From NCBI GenBank assembly GCA_965243395.1, contig CBDEUS010000001.1:1056001-1120000 (forward strand): DNA of 64,000 bases, written 5' to 3'. Below, one piece after another: positions 52,437 to 63,045 of the stretch. Under the pieces are notes generated by a model. That model worked only from the letters and a program-made list of their open reading frames with translations, did no database searches and was not told the origin of the DNA. Numbering within the stretch: position 1 is the stretch's first letter; each line of letters begins with the position of its first letter. The DNA comes from Gammaproteobacteria bacterium (GTDB taxonomy: Bacteria; Pseudomonadota; Gammaproteobacteria; UBA4575). The position numbers were made by a program, and so were the translations under genes.

Positions 52437-53000
52437 ATGGCTTTAAATACTGAAGAATTCCGCGACTACCTTGAGAGCGAGTACCCAATCGATGTTTTGA
52501 GCATTTTCATCGATCGCATTGGTATACGTATTCAGTATCGTGAACAACTTGGTGATGGCCAAATAGACCGACAACTTCGCAAAGCTCATATCAAAGAATC
52601 TGCAGAAACTTTTATTAAAAAAGCAGCCTATATGGATGCTCAGTTAGACCGTAATAGTGAAATGATGATGCAATTAAGTACAGGCAGTGTAGACATAACA
52701 GTTCAACGCGTGAGTAACAAATCTGAATTAAACACGAGCAGTGAATATCGATTACGTCAAGATACAATCCGCAGTACTGAAGAACAATATATATTCGCTA
52801 CAAAATACTATCCATTAGTATGTAAAGACGAGGCAGATATTACAGCGCAGACATTGAGAGAACATGTATGTGGCGATGATGAAAAAAAATATATATTAGA
52901 GGTTCAACTATTAAACACTTCCGAACATTACTCCTCGATCGCAAGATTTCATACGGCCGAGTCTTATTCTACAATTATGGAACTTGAAACATTAGGCTGA
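52437..53000 (+). CDS. Hypothetical protein
   Basis: 187-aa ORF with AGGGA RBS; no family recognised. Confidence 0.65.
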   Translation: MALNTEEFRDYLESEYPIDVLSIFIDRIGIRIQYREQLGDGQIDRQLRKAHIKESAETFIKKAAYMDAQLDRNSEMMMQLSTGSVDITVQRVSNKSELNTSSEYRLRQDTIRSTEEQYIFATKYYPLVCKDEADITAQTLREHVCGDDEKKYILEVQLLNTSEHYSSIARFHTAESYSTIMELETLG

Positions 53001-53027
53001 CGATTTATACGTTAGCTTTTTTTGCAA

Positions 53028-55934
53028 TTATCCTCCACCCGCTGCAAAAATCTTGCGCATTTTTGGCGTAATAACCTTAAACTGTGAAGATTCAAAAAAT
53101 TCTAGTATGGGTTCTGGTCTACCTGCATGGAAACCTTGCGCAAAATCCACACCGATTTCTTTTAATGTTTTTAGGATTTCTTCATTTTCAACATATTCAG
53201 CAATAGTCTGCTTTCCAAGTACATGGCCCATATCATTTATAGCTTTAACCATTGCACGACTTACATCATCATGGTGAATATCTTTGACAAACATTCCGTC
53301 AATTTTTAGAAAATCAACAGGAAGTGTTTTTAGATATGCGAATGAAGAAAGTCCTGCGCCAAAATCATCCAGCGCGAAATAACAACCTAATTCTTTAAGT
53401 TTCTGCACAAATGAAGTCGCTTGATCTAAATTGGCAATAGCGGCTGTCTCGGTAATCTCAAAACATATTTTACTAGGCTCAATCTGGTATTCTTTCAGCT
53501 TGGCCATAATAAAAGGTAGAAAACCTTCAGATACTAAAGATTGACCTGAAAGATTTATGGAACACTTATCAATTTGTGATAACACATCCCTATTATCAGA
53601 TAATTGCAATAACACCTTATCCAATATCCATCGATCAAGCTTGGGCGCACGATTGTAACGTTCAACAGCGGGTAAAAATGCATTTGGCGGGACTAACCTT
53701 CCATTGTCATCTTCCATTCTAATTAAAATTTCAAATCCATTTTTATCTACTTCAACATCTTTATTAGCCTTAATATTTATTATGGATTGTGCAGTAACTA
53801 CTAAACGTCCTTCATTTAAGGCTTTATCAAAGCGTTGTAACCAACGTTCTTGACCTCTTCGACGATTAATATTTTCATCGCCTTCTCTGAATACACGCAC
53901 ACAGTTTCGACCTGACTCTTTTGCTAAATAACATGCGCTATCTACTGCAGATAAGGCATAAGATAGGTCAAAACATTTTTGATTAACTTCGGCAACACCG
54001 ATACTTGCCTCTACATTGAAACTTTTTTGCTCCCAAATAAATTTATATTCTTGAATAGATTTTAAGATTTCATGTGCTTTCTCTTCTGCTTGATCCAATG
54101 AACACTCAGGTAACAACAATGCAAATTCATCACCACCCAAACGCGCCAGGATATCGCTACCTCTTAATTTACTTTTCACCAAGTTACTAAATTGAATTAA
54201 TAGTTCATCACCCGCGGCATGTCCATACAAATCATTCACCATTTTAAAACGGTCAAGATCCAAATATATCAACGAACTTTTCTTGTGCTTGGTTTTAGCA
54301 TTGAGAATGGCTTTACGTACATTGCGCTCGAACTCTGATCGATTAATCAAATTCGTCAACGAATCATGGCTTGCCTGATAACGCAAACGTCTTGCTAATA
54401 ACCGCAAATTGGTAACATCGTTCATCACGGTTACTGCACCATATAACTTGCCTGATTGTGAAATTAATGGTGTCACCATCAACTGCACTGTGTACTTAGT
54501 TCCTGTTTTAGTTACGATATCTGCATTCAATTTTTGATTTTTCTTCTGATTGCCCGATAAACAGGAAAGAATCGGATTTTCTATTTTTTCATCTGATTCT
54601 TCTTCATAAAGATCAATAACATTTTCAATATGCTTGCCACGCGCATGTTCTTCCGAACAATTTAAAAATCTTGCCGCTGCCTGATTTATATATTGAACTT
54701 CACCACGTTCATTTGTTGTTATTACAGCATCTACAATCGATCGTAATGTTGCTACAACTTTATCTTTTTCTTCTGCTAGTTGGACCTGCGACTGTTTTTG
54801 TAGATGAATATCACTAATTGATCCAACAACTTTTTTTGCATTACCGGTATAGTCATAATCAGCTGTTCCTCGGATAACGAACCATCGATAGCCTTTTTGC
54901 TTTACAGCAATACGCGCCTCAACAATAAACTGCTTGCCTTTATCATTGATTAATCTTGCCCATGCATTTGCAAATATTTCACGATCTTCCGGGTGTATTA
55001 AACGCTGTAATTGAGATAGCCCTATTTTACTCTCATCAACTTTTAGCCCAAGCAATTCATACATGGGTTGAGACCACCATTCAGAACCCTCCAAGCCTGC
55101 TTGCCATTCCCAAATCCCTTCTTGTGCACCTTGAATAACATTTTGAAATTTATTCTCGCTCTCGAGCAATGCAGCTTCAGTTTGTGACCCCGTGGTGTAA
55201 TCTGTAAATGTCCAGATAAGAAACGAGCCTTCCAATTTTCGAATTAGTTTGATATTAACTTGCAGCGACTTTTCATCTTTGTCCCAGCGACTGTTATTTG
55301 TCCCACGTGCGGAAACCTTAAGGTCTCTAACAAATCCCTGCTCAATAAGTAACTGGTTAATTTTTTTAATTGTATTAGCATTGGTAAATACATCACGAAG
55401 TTTAGTTTGATATTCATTACCAGGAGTAATATTCAAAACACGGCATGCTAATTGATTTATGTATTTAATCTGATCACTGTTATTTTCGGTTACACAAACT
55501 GCAACTGGAATAGAATCAATAAAATTAGACCAACCTTCAATAGTTACTAGACTTTTATCAATATCACTTTGTTTGGTTTGGGTATACTTAATACTTTCAA
55601 TTCGTATTGTTTTACTTCTTTGATCCAAATAGTACTTCCATTCAAAATCAAAGCCGTAAATATGATTTGCAGAGACCACAACATCTCCACTATGAAGAGC
55701 ACGACTTACTAGCTCAAAATGATCATCAGGTAATAGACGGTTAACTTTTGGAGCATTTACAGATTTTGCTAAATCTCTGGCTGCTTTATTTGCATCAACG
55801 ATTCTTCCATCAAAGCGACACATCAACTCGATAGGCACTACTCCTTCTGCCCTACTCGAAGACAAATTTGATGTGGACTTTTTAATGCCACCTAGCTTTG
55901 ATACTTTAATTGACACGGCTATATCTAGGACCAT
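53028..55934 (-). CDS. PAS-GGDEF-EAL diguanylate cyclase/phosphodiesterase
   Basis: Several PAS domains (IHPEDR, VITTN..G); RGSD I-site + GGDEF; EIL, EITE, DDFGAG, KIDG. Confidence 0.95.
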   Translation of the reverse strand: MVLDIAVSIKVSKLGGIKKSTSNLSSSRAEGVVPIELMCRFDGRIVDANKAARDLAKSVNAPKVNRLLPDDHFELVSRALHSGDVVVSANHIYGFDFEWKYYLDQRSKTIRIESIKYTQTKQSDIDKSLVTIEGWSNFIDSIPVAVCVTENNSDQIKYINQLACRVLNITPGNEYQTKLRDVFTNANTIKKINQLLIEQGFVRDLKVSARGTNNSRWDKDEKSLQVNIKLIRKLEGSFLIWTFTDYTTGSQTEAALLESENKFQNVIQGAQEGIWEWQAGLEGSEWWSQPMYELLGLKVDESKIGLSQLQRLIHPEDREIFANAWARLINDKGKQFIVEARIAVKQKGYRWFVIRGTADYDYTGNAKKVVGSISDIHLQKQSQVQLAEEKDKVVATLRSIVDAVITTNERGEVQYINQAAARFLNCSEEHARGKHIENVIDLYEEESDEKIENPILSCLSGNQKKNQKLNADIVTKTGTKYTVQLMVTPLISQSGKLYGAVTVMNDVTNLRLLARRLRYQASHDSLTNLINRSEFERNVRKAILNAKTKHKKSSLIYLDLDRFKMVNDLYGHAAGDELLIQFSNLVKSKLRGSDILARLGGDEFALLLPECSLDQAEEKAHEILKSIQEYKFIWEQKSFNVEASIGVAEVNQKCFDLSYALSAVDSACYLAKESGRNCVRVFREGDENINRRRGQERWLQRFDKALNEGRLVVTAQSIINIKANKDVEVDKNGFEILIRMEDDNGRLVPPNAFLPAVERYNRAPKLDRWILDKVLLQLSDNRDVLSQIDKCSINLSGQSLVSEGFLPFIMAKLKEYQIEPSKICFEITETAAIANLDQATSFVQKLKELGCYFALDDFGAGLSSFAYLKTLPVDFLKIDGMFVKDIHHDDVSRAMVKAINDMGHVLGKQTIAEYVENEEILKTLKEIGVDFAQGFHAGRPEPILEFFESSQFKVITPKMRKIFAAGGG

Positions 55935-56700
55935 GTGTAGAGACTGATATCGTCGGTATAAATCACCCCATAGATACAGAAATCTGACTGGATAAAGTCC
56001 TTTTACTCCAACTCCAATGTATTGATTCAGAGTAAAATTTTAGCGCTTTCAGCGAGAAAAACAGTGACCGAGTAGAACGAGTGAAGCATTTGGCTTATCA
56101 ACTGTGCGCAGATATAAATGGACTATATGGCCCAAAATTCTAATTTTTTCATTACAAACAATAAGTTATATTATTTTTGTCGAAAGTTTGCTTTTGGTAC
56201 GTATTTTAAGTTTAGTTTGTTGTTTGATTCTTAAAATAAGAAACCTTAGGGCATGAATTCAATTAGAATTTAGCTCAATTTAGGTATGAATTTCTTGTAG
56301 TTCATAATTAAATTAATGAGCATATTGGTTATTTTTTGACGAATGAAATTTTGAAGTCGGTCAATCAGATAGCATCAATATACGACTGGCTAGTACGATA
56401 GAATTTTATGGTTAATTAAGGCGTGCACAATACTCAGTGTCAATTTAACACTACATATTTATCATGCAAAAACGTCAACTATTATGCTACAGATCTCTAA
56501 ACTAATAGTGTACAAGGCTTAGTGTGCTATCAAAAAGGTATAGATAAACATTCATTATTGGATGTACTGTTATATGCAATAAGACATTTTATGCTAAAAA
56601 TATTCGACATAATGCTCGAAAACGTTATGATGCAAGCTAGAATTAAAAGCGGCCAACTAGAAAAAGCTGCTACACAACCCTACTTATAGGAGAATGAACT

Positions 56701-57033
56701 ATGTTTGGATTAGGTGGGAAAAATAAGGACTTCAATGTAACAATCAAAAATACCGGCCAGACATTTGAAGTTAAAGGCGGTATTAACCTATTACAAGCAG
56801 CTAAAAATGCTGGTATTGACTGGCCCTGCGACTGCAAAGTTGGCTCATGCGGTTCATGTCGCGCTAAATTAATTAGTGGCAAAGTAAAAGAGTTAACTGA
56901 TTTTGCATACACATTGGATGGCGACATGTTAAAAGAAAACTACATTCTTGCATGTCAATCGCGTCTGAAGACTGATTTAGAAGTCGAAGTAGATTTTGAC
57001 CAAGGCGCTATTAACCCTGACTACAAATCTTAA
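56701..57033 (+). CDS. [2Fe-2S] ferredoxin
   Basis: AGGAG RBS; CKVGSCGSC...LACQ. Confidence 0.92.
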   Translation: MFGLGGKNKDFNVTIKNTGQTFEVKGGINLLQAAKNAGIDWPCDCKVGSCGSCRAKLISGKVKELTDFAYTLDGDMLKENYILACQSRLKTDLEVEVDFDQGAINPDYKS

Positions 57034-57051
57034 GCGATTTCTTTATTTAAT

Positions 57052-57083
57052 AAAGCGTGGCATCTTTTCTGTCACGCTTTTTT
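57052..57083 (+). terminator. Rho-independent terminator
   Basis: AAAGCGTGGCA / TGTCACGCTTT stem plus T-tract after the ferredoxin gene. Confidence 0.8.
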
Positions 57084-57116
57084 ATTGCGTGAATGTTTTA
57101 CAAATATAATTGAAGA

Positions 57117-57545
57117 ATGTCCTTTTGGAGCAACATACAAACCTGGAAAGAAAGCGCATACAATACCATGTGGTGTTTAATAGGCTGCTCTATCGGTGAT
57201 TTTGGCACAATAGCATTTTTTCAATTCTCAAAATTTAGTCTTCCTCCATTGTATGTTTTAACTCTTGCTATTATTAATGGTCTTATTACTAGCATACTCT
57301 TAGAAACTTATATTCTCAGCCGTAGAGGTATGGAGTTTATGCAAGCACTAAATACTGCTTTAGGAATGAGTTTTATATCGATGATTTCAATGGAAGCAGC
57401 CATGAATATTACCGACTATTATTTAACCGGTGGCGCCAAATTAACTTGGTGGGTAGTACCGATAATGCTTATAGTAGGGTTTTTAACTCCATGGCCCTAT
57501 AATTATTGGCGTCTAAAAAAGTTTGGCCATGCTTGCTGTCACTAA
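57117..57545 (+). CDS. DUF4396 membrane protein
   Basis: T.WCL.GC.IGD, MSF.SM..ME, GF..P.PYNY.RL. Confidence 0.85.
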   Translation: MSFWSNIQTWKESAYNTMWCLIGCSIGDFGTIAFFQFSKFSLPPLYVLTLAIINGLITSILLETYILSRRGMEFMQALNTALGMSFISMISMEAAMNITDYYLTGGAKLTWWVVPIMLIVGFLTPWPYNYWRLKKFGHACCH

Positions 57546-57547
57546 AA

Positions 57548-59440
57548 GTGCCCACGAACTCCGAATCTAACACACACAACCAGTTTCAATTACTCAAAGA
57601 AAGACGTTTTCGCCCTTTTTTTCTCACGCAATTTTTCGGTGCATTTAACGACAATGTTTTTAAAAATGCATTGTTCATTTCGATTGCATTTCAAAGTAGC
57701 TATTCGGGTTCGGATAAATCCAGTTATATTATTAATCTAGGTGCAATTTTATTTATTATTCCTTTTTTATTGTTTTCATCAACCGCAGGACAAATTGCTG
57801 ATCGCTATGAAAAATCATTATTAATTAGACGAATTAAATTAGCTGAAATTGGCATTATGATTTTGGCAACGATAGGCTTTTATATACAAAGCATACCGTT
57901 ACTTTTATTTGCCCTTTTCTTGATGGGCACTCAATCTTCATTATTTGGACCTATAAAATATTCCATCATTCCTCAACACCTCAATAAGTATGAACTTGTC
58001 GGTGGCAATGCGCTTGTTGAAACCGGTACTTTTGGCGCTATTATATTAGGAACAATGCTTGGCGGTATTTTGGTTGGTTTACCTGATGGAACAAAACTAC
58101 TCATACCTATAACTATAATTGCATTAGCTACATTAGGCTTTTTAAATAGTTTAAGAATTCCTCTAGCACCCGCTGTAGACCCGAATCATAAAATTAAATG
58201 GAATGTTTTATCAGAGACCTTTAATAATTTAAATACATTAAGAAAAAATCGAACTGTATTTAACTCCGTTTTGGGTGTGTCGTGGTTCTGGTTTCTTGGT
58301 GCAACCTATTTAACACAATTGCCTAATTTCACCCGCCTATCAGTTGGCGGAAACGAGCAAGTTGTAACATTTTTCCTGGCATTATTTTGTATAGGCATTG
58401 GAATAGGTTCCCTTACTTGTGAGCGGCTTTCCAATCGCACAATCGAACTAGGTTTGGTCCCCATAGGTTCTATCGGGCTTACGTTATTTGGTACGGATTT
58501 ATTCTTTGCTACTACGGCGCAAACAAGTTCTGAATTAATTGGTTTCAAAGAATTTATTTTGAATCGCGCTAATTGGCGTTTAGTGTTGGATATTTTCTTA
58601 TTAGGTGTATTCGGAGGTATTTATATCGTACCACTATATGCACTTATTCAAGCGCGCTCAAATCCTAAACGTCGTTCTCGAGTGATTGCTGGCAACAATA
58701 TTTTGAATGCATTACTCATGATTACTGCTGCGATATACGCAATTATATTAATTAATATAGGTTTAACAATCCCACAAATATTTTTGATTGCAGCAATACT
58801 AAATGCAGTGGTTGCTATTTATATATATACACTTGTACCAGAATTTTTTATGCGCTTTGTAACCTGGATATTAGTCCACCTCGTATATCGAATTAAGAAA
58901 GTTGATTTAGATAATATTCCCGAAGAAGGCCCTGCGGTAATTGTTTCTAATCACGTTAGCTTAATGGATGCGCTCATAATTGGTGGCAGCGTAAGAAGAC
59001 CTATTCGTTTTGTGATGTACCATAAAATTTTCAATATTCCTTTTTTACGCTTTATTTTCAAAACTGCTAATGCAATTCCTATTGCGCCAAAAAAAGAAAA
59101 TCCTGAATTATTAGAACATGCCTACAAAAAAATCTCTGAAGAGCTACGAAACGGCAATGTCGTCGGTATATTTCCAGAAGGTAAACTTTCTTCTGATGGA
59201 AATGTAGATGCTTTCAAACCTGGAATTGAGCGCATACTAAAAGAAACACCTGTGCCTGTTATTCCTATTGCACTGAAAGGTATGTGGGGAAGCTTTTTCA
59301 GCAATAAGCATGGCAAGCCTTTAAGTGGATTTCCCCGTAGAATGTTAGCAAAAATCAAAATAACAGCAGGCAAACTATTACCGGCTAATCAAGTAAGTGC
59401 AACCAAACTACAGCAAATTGTGATTAAAATGCTAGATTAA
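57548..59440 (+). CDS. MFS (LplT-like) transporter fused to a PlsC-type acyltransferase
   Basis: TQF.GAFNDN.FK, FGP.KY, NHVS..D, FPEG; GTG at 57548 preferred. Confidence 0.9.
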   Translation: MPTNSESNTHNQFQLLKERRFRPFFLTQFFGAFNDNVFKNALFISIAFQSSYSGSDKSSYIINLGAILFIIPFLLFSSTAGQIADRYEKSLLIRRIKLAEIGIMILATIGFYIQSIPLLLFALFLMGTQSSLFGPIKYSIIPQHLNKYELVGGNALVETGTFGAIILGTMLGGILVGLPDGTKLLIPITIIALATLGFLNSLRIPLAPAVDPNHKIKWNVLSETFNNLNTLRKNRTVFNSVLGVSWFWFLGATYLTQLPNFTRLSVGGNEQVVTFFLALFCIGIGIGSLTCERLSNRTIELGLVPIGSIGLTLFGTDLFFATTAQTSSELIGFKEFILNRANWRLVLDIFLLGVFGGIYIVPLYALIQARSNPKRRSRVIAGNNILNALLMITAAIYAIILINIGLTIPQIFLIAAILNAVVAIYIYTLVPEFFMRFVTWILVHLVYRIKKVDLDNIPEEGPAVIVSNHVSLMDALIIGGSVRRPIRFVMYHKIFNIPFLRFIFKTANAIPIAPKKENPELLEHAYKKISEELRNGNVVGIFPEGKLSSDGNVDAFKPGIERILKETPVPVIPIALKGMWGSFFSNKHGKPLSGFPRRMLAKIKITAGKLLPANQVSATKLQQIVIKMLD

Positions 59441-59513
59441 TATATATAGTATCCAATGTGATTTCGTATAAAATATATAGATTGCTTACCACTCAATTTA
59501 TTCATCGACGTTC

Positions 59514-60122
59514 ATGACGCTATATAAAGTTAAACACCATACATTAGATCCCTACTCTTCAAAGGCGATACGTAAAATATTGGCAGATAATAAGAAGTAT
59601 ATTGTTGATGAATTTATACAACAAATTGAAAAATACATTGAAGATTATAATGCTGTAGTGAAAAACAGCCTCAATATCCCTCAGGCTCAAATAACCGCAG
59701 ATAATCTTGATAATACTGCCAAAGATATAAATAAAGTACTAAATGATTTACAAACGTTGCCTACATTTGGCATACCTTTACTAAAAGCCAAAGCATCATT
59801 CTCTGGTTTAGGCTATTTACCTGAAATATTAGATCGTACAAGGACTGATCTTATGCACGTAAGAGATATCATCAATTGGGCAACAGATAATATTCGTGGG
59901 CAAACTAATCAAGATGCTTTATATCGCTTGAAAATATTGATTTCAAATATTGCCAAACTTTATAAGGATAAGTTTAATAAAACTTTGACCACGAATGAAA
60001 AATCTGAATTCATGCAAATTATGCAAATTGTTTTTATAGAAATCGACGAAACATTCTCAAGGACAATCATCCAAAATGAAATCGATGAATTACAACAAGC
60101 CGATTTATCTACAAAATATTAA
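59514..60122 (+). CDS. Hypothetical protein
   Basis: 202-aa helical ORF; no family recognised. Confidence 0.6.
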   Translation: MTLYKVKHHTLDPYSSKAIRKILADNKKYIVDEFIQQIEKYIEDYNAVVKNSLNIPQAQITADNLDNTAKDINKVLNDLQTLPTFGIPLLKAKASFSGLGYLPEILDRTRTDLMHVRDIINWATDNIRGQTNQDALYRLKILISNIAKLYKDKFNKTLTTNEKSEFMQIMQIVFIEIDETFSRTIIQNEIDELQQADLSTKY

Positions 60123-60252
60123 TAACACTTCTACTTTCAAAGCTAACAAGTAACTGTAAAAAAATGCAATCAAATATTGCTGTATACATTTGATATATTA
60201 TTCAGCAATTGCTTCAGTATCATTGCCTTAAGCAAAATCAAATAATTCTCAG

Positions 60253-61242
60253 CTATTGTATTGTAATTCCTTCTACACGCATTAAATGTGTCAATGCTTC
60301 TTCTAACATCGACCGTGCTTGTGCTGTAGTTGCATGCAGATATGAATGAAGTGCAGCATCTTGCTTGTTTTCGTTTTCACATTCAGCACTATAGATTTCA
60401 AATGCTACTAAATGGCGAACTAATTCTGTTATATGCTTTGGGCATTCACATTTAATCGTATCGGATTGTTTAGCGAGCTCGAGTAATTGCTTATTACTAA
60501 AGCTCCTTGTCGGTATTGTTTGCTCAAAGTGCAAAGTTGACCCCACTTCTAAACTAGGTAACCTACCACTGCCTCCGGAGTGATAAATACATAAACGGCC
60601 TAACTCTTGAACATCGATAGATGTGCGGACTACTGTAGTTTGAGATGACTGAATTTGTTCAATGAATTCTTGATTACTAAATCCATAAATTAAAATAACA
60701 TGCCAAGCACCGCTGATCTCACGAATTTTTTGAATTTCTGAGTTAGTAAACTGGTTAATAGTTGGCTTTTCAACTACAACTACTTCGGGTTGTTTTGATT
60801 GCGCAATATCTAACTCTAACTCTTCAATTGTTTCATATACACCAACAATATTAATACCATTTACTTCTGGCAAACCATCCATTATCCGTAACGGTATACT
60901 GTCTCCCAACAATGCAACGTGGCAAATCTCAGTATCAGAAAAAGTTTCTTTTGAACTTGCACGTTTATGGTCGCTAATAACAACTGCATCTAGCTCTGCA
61001 CGGGCTTTAAGTTGCTCCATGTTTAAACGTGCAATCGTTCCTATCGAAATTCCAGCGTCTACGAGTGATTTTAGTAGAAGTAATTTTGCAACATCATCAC
61101 GTGAATAGTTACGATCACCAGATTCGGTACGTGATGGCGTCACTGCATTATATCTGCGTTCCCATGCACGCAAGGTTTCGGAACCTATTCCAGTAATTCT
61201 TGATACCGCTCCAATTTTATATGTAGTTAATTGGCTATCCAT
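60253..61242 (-). CDS. MerR-family regulator (LitR/CarH-like HTH, C-terminal CECP domain)
   Basis: YKIGAVS..TGI...TLRAWERRY..V.P.R...G.R.YS; C-terminal CECPKH...FE.YS..C; no clear B12-binding motif. Confidence 0.88.
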   Translation of the reverse strand: MDSQLTTYKIGAVSRITGIGSETLRAWERRYNAVTPSRTESGDRNYSRDDVAKLLLLKSLVDAGISIGTIARLNMEQLKARAELDAVVISDHKRASSKETFSDTEICHVALLGDSIPLRIMDGLPEVNGINIVGVYETIEELELDIAQSKQPEVVVVEKPTINQFTNSEIQKIREISGAWHVILIYGFSNQEFIEQIQSSQTTVVRTSIDVQELGRLCIYHSGGSGRLPSLEVGSTLHFEQTIPTRSFSNKQLLELAKQSDTIKCECPKHITELVRHLVAFEIYSAECENENKQDAALHSYLHATTAQARSMLEEALTHLMRVEGITIQ

Positions 61243-61275
61243 TTTTGTAACCCTTGATATTTTTCATTACGTATT

Positions 61276-61348
61276 TGTACAGATTTAATTACATTTATCT
61301 GTACATATAATGTAAATCAAAGATTATTTGTTAGCAAATATCTGTACA
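61276..61348. promoter_or_regulatory. TGTACA repeats, putative operator of the MerR/LitR-like gene
   Basis: TGTACA at 61276, 61300 and 61343; variants ATTACA at 61288 and TGTAAA at 61311. Confidence 0.5.
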
Positions 61349-61518
61349 GTATATAGATATTTAGCTCAGGTTAGTGCCTATAAAAGCTATGCCTACTTAG
61401 ATATAAGTCACTGTTTTTATGATATTATTTGAATTTTATTCGTTTATTAGCAGGAGCGAGATTGAGTCGTATGACCCAACTCTAATGAACTTGTACAGAA
61501 TTTATATAAAGCCTTTAA

Positions 61519-61752
61519 TCAAGAGCTTGAAGATCGTTTTTGTTGCTCACGAATACTGGTATCACTCGCTTCTTGCAGGATGGTATTCGCTTCATCTTCA
61601 TTAAACTCGTAAACGAGGCTATCGCGATAATAATCTACTACTTTGTTCATAATGCGGATAATCTCAAAATCTTTGAGATCATTTGTTGTCCTTATACCTT
61701 CCATATATTTAAGAACCTTATGTTCTAAGGTACTTTCACCAAAATAGCTCAT
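61519..61752 (-). CDS. Small hypothetical protein
   Basis: AGGGG RBS-like sequence; 77 aa. Confidence 0.55.
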   Translation of the reverse strand: MSYFGESTLEHKVLKYMEGIRTTNDLKDFEIIRIMNKVVDYYRDSLVYEFNEDEANTILQEASDTSIREQQKRSSSS

Positions 61753-62121
61753 GGATAAACCCCTAAATTTTCTAGCATTATTGCTATATGTTATTGAGCC
61801 TTATTAAGGTATGTGAATCTATATATGGCCGAACGTAATGTTAAAAGTGACGAGGGGATCTAAACTAGGCACTCTAGCAATCTAGCCTGCTCTAAAAATA
61901 ACTAACGCCACAATAGTGTTTTAGAGGATTCAAGCACTTTTAACGCCCTAATAATCCACGCAAATATTCAAAAATTAACTGTTTTTTCAACTAAATATTT
62001 ATTTAAATAAAAACTGTATTCGCAAATTATTTGAATAACAGACTTTTAATATGCTTTATATTACTTCAAAAAATCAAACTGATGACTAAGACTCATAACT
62101 CTAAACTTGATACATAAAATT

Positions 62122-62137
62122 TGTTAATTTGCTCACA
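62122..62137. promoter_or_regulatory. CRP-family-like site
   Basis: TGTTA-ATTTGC-TCACA with AT-rich flanks (9/10 match to TGTGA-N6-TCACA). Confidence 0.45.
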
Positions 62138-62175
62138 TATTCTGGAATCTATAACGTCTACTGTGTCACTATATA

Positions 62176-62195
62176 TAGTTGTTTAATAACAACTA
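62176..62195. promoter_or_regulatory. Putative MarR operator
   Basis: Perfect inverted repeat TAGTTGTT-TAAT-AACAACTA upstream of the marR-like gene. Confidence 0.55.
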
Positions 62196-62290
62196 CTAGA
62201 CTATGTATAAATTTAGACTATGTATAAAACATAGCAACGGGGGAGAGTTGGTAAAAAACGGAAATTTTTACAACTACACTTGAGAGTCAA

Positions 62291-62782
62291 ATGAACATTA
62301 CTGAAGAAGAAAATGATTTCACAAAGCGAGTGCTTGAGAGCAGACAATCAGAAAATGATGCTGACATCATTACTTATATTGAAACAATACACAGTATTGC
62401 TAGAAAAAAGACGACTGGTTACTTAAAAAAGCATCAAGTTAATTATCAACAATGGCGCATCTTAAAATCCATTTACCTTGAGCTTGCAATCACGCCAGCA
62501 AAAGTTTCAGCAGCAACGTTTACAGATTCTGGCACTATCAGCAGACAGCTAGAATTGCTAGAAACTAAAGGATTGGTACAAAGAGAACACAGCAAACAAG
62601 ACCGTCGGGTAGTAAATTTAAGACTGACCCCAAAAGGTGAAAATGTTGCGAAAGATGGGATTAAGTTTAGTGAAAAATTAATAGACTGTGTGCGCGAAAA
62701 AATCGGTGATGACAAAACAGAAGAATTTCATCAAGCATTAATCGGTGCTTTAAAATGTTCTGCATTCAGCACTGATAAATGA
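62291..62782 (+). CDS. MarR family transcriptional regulator
   Basis: QWRIL, TISR.L..LE.KGLV.R...DRR...L.LT.KG. Confidence 0.92.
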   Translation: MNITEEENDFTKRVLESRQSENDADIITYIETIHSIARKKTTGYLKKHQVNYQQWRILKSIYLELAITPAKVSAATFTDSGTISRQLELLETKGLVQREHSKQDRRVVNLRLTPKGENVAKDGIKFSEKLIDCVREKIGDDKTEEFHQALIGALKCSAFSTDK

Positions 62783-62815
62783 TCCATAATTTTTCATAAA
62801 TTAATTTAAATAATA

Positions 62816-62841
62816 AAAAGCCTCCGGAACCGGAGGCTTTT
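62816..62841. terminator. Bidirectional Rho-independent terminator
   Basis: AAAAGCCTCCGG-AA-CCGGAGGCTTTT. Confidence 0.9.
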
Positions 62842-62892
62842 ATCTAAATGCGTAATTAGAATACGCATGGAGTTGGACTCGGTAATATTTTA

Positions 62893-62991
62893 TTAATGAA
62901 GTTTATGCTTGTGTAAGTACACAGTGCTAGCAATAATAATTCCCACTAAAGCAATAACATCAAACATAAGAATTGTGTGTGTAACTTCCAT
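62893..62991 (-). CDS. Unannotated 32-aa single-TM small protein
   Basis: MEVTHTILMFDVIALVGIIIASTVYLHKHKLH*; GGGA upstream; terminator downstream. Confidence 0.5.
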   Translation of the reverse strand: MEVTHTILMFDVIALVGIIIASTVYLHKHKLH

Positions 62992-63045
62992 TTTATTTTC
63001 CCATTGATAGTTTATTTAATGTTTGTAATATTTAATTCCACCAAA

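Noticed and set aside
56591-56689. 32-codon ORF upstream of the ferredoxin gene
   Set aside because: No RBS; lies over the probable promoter and leader
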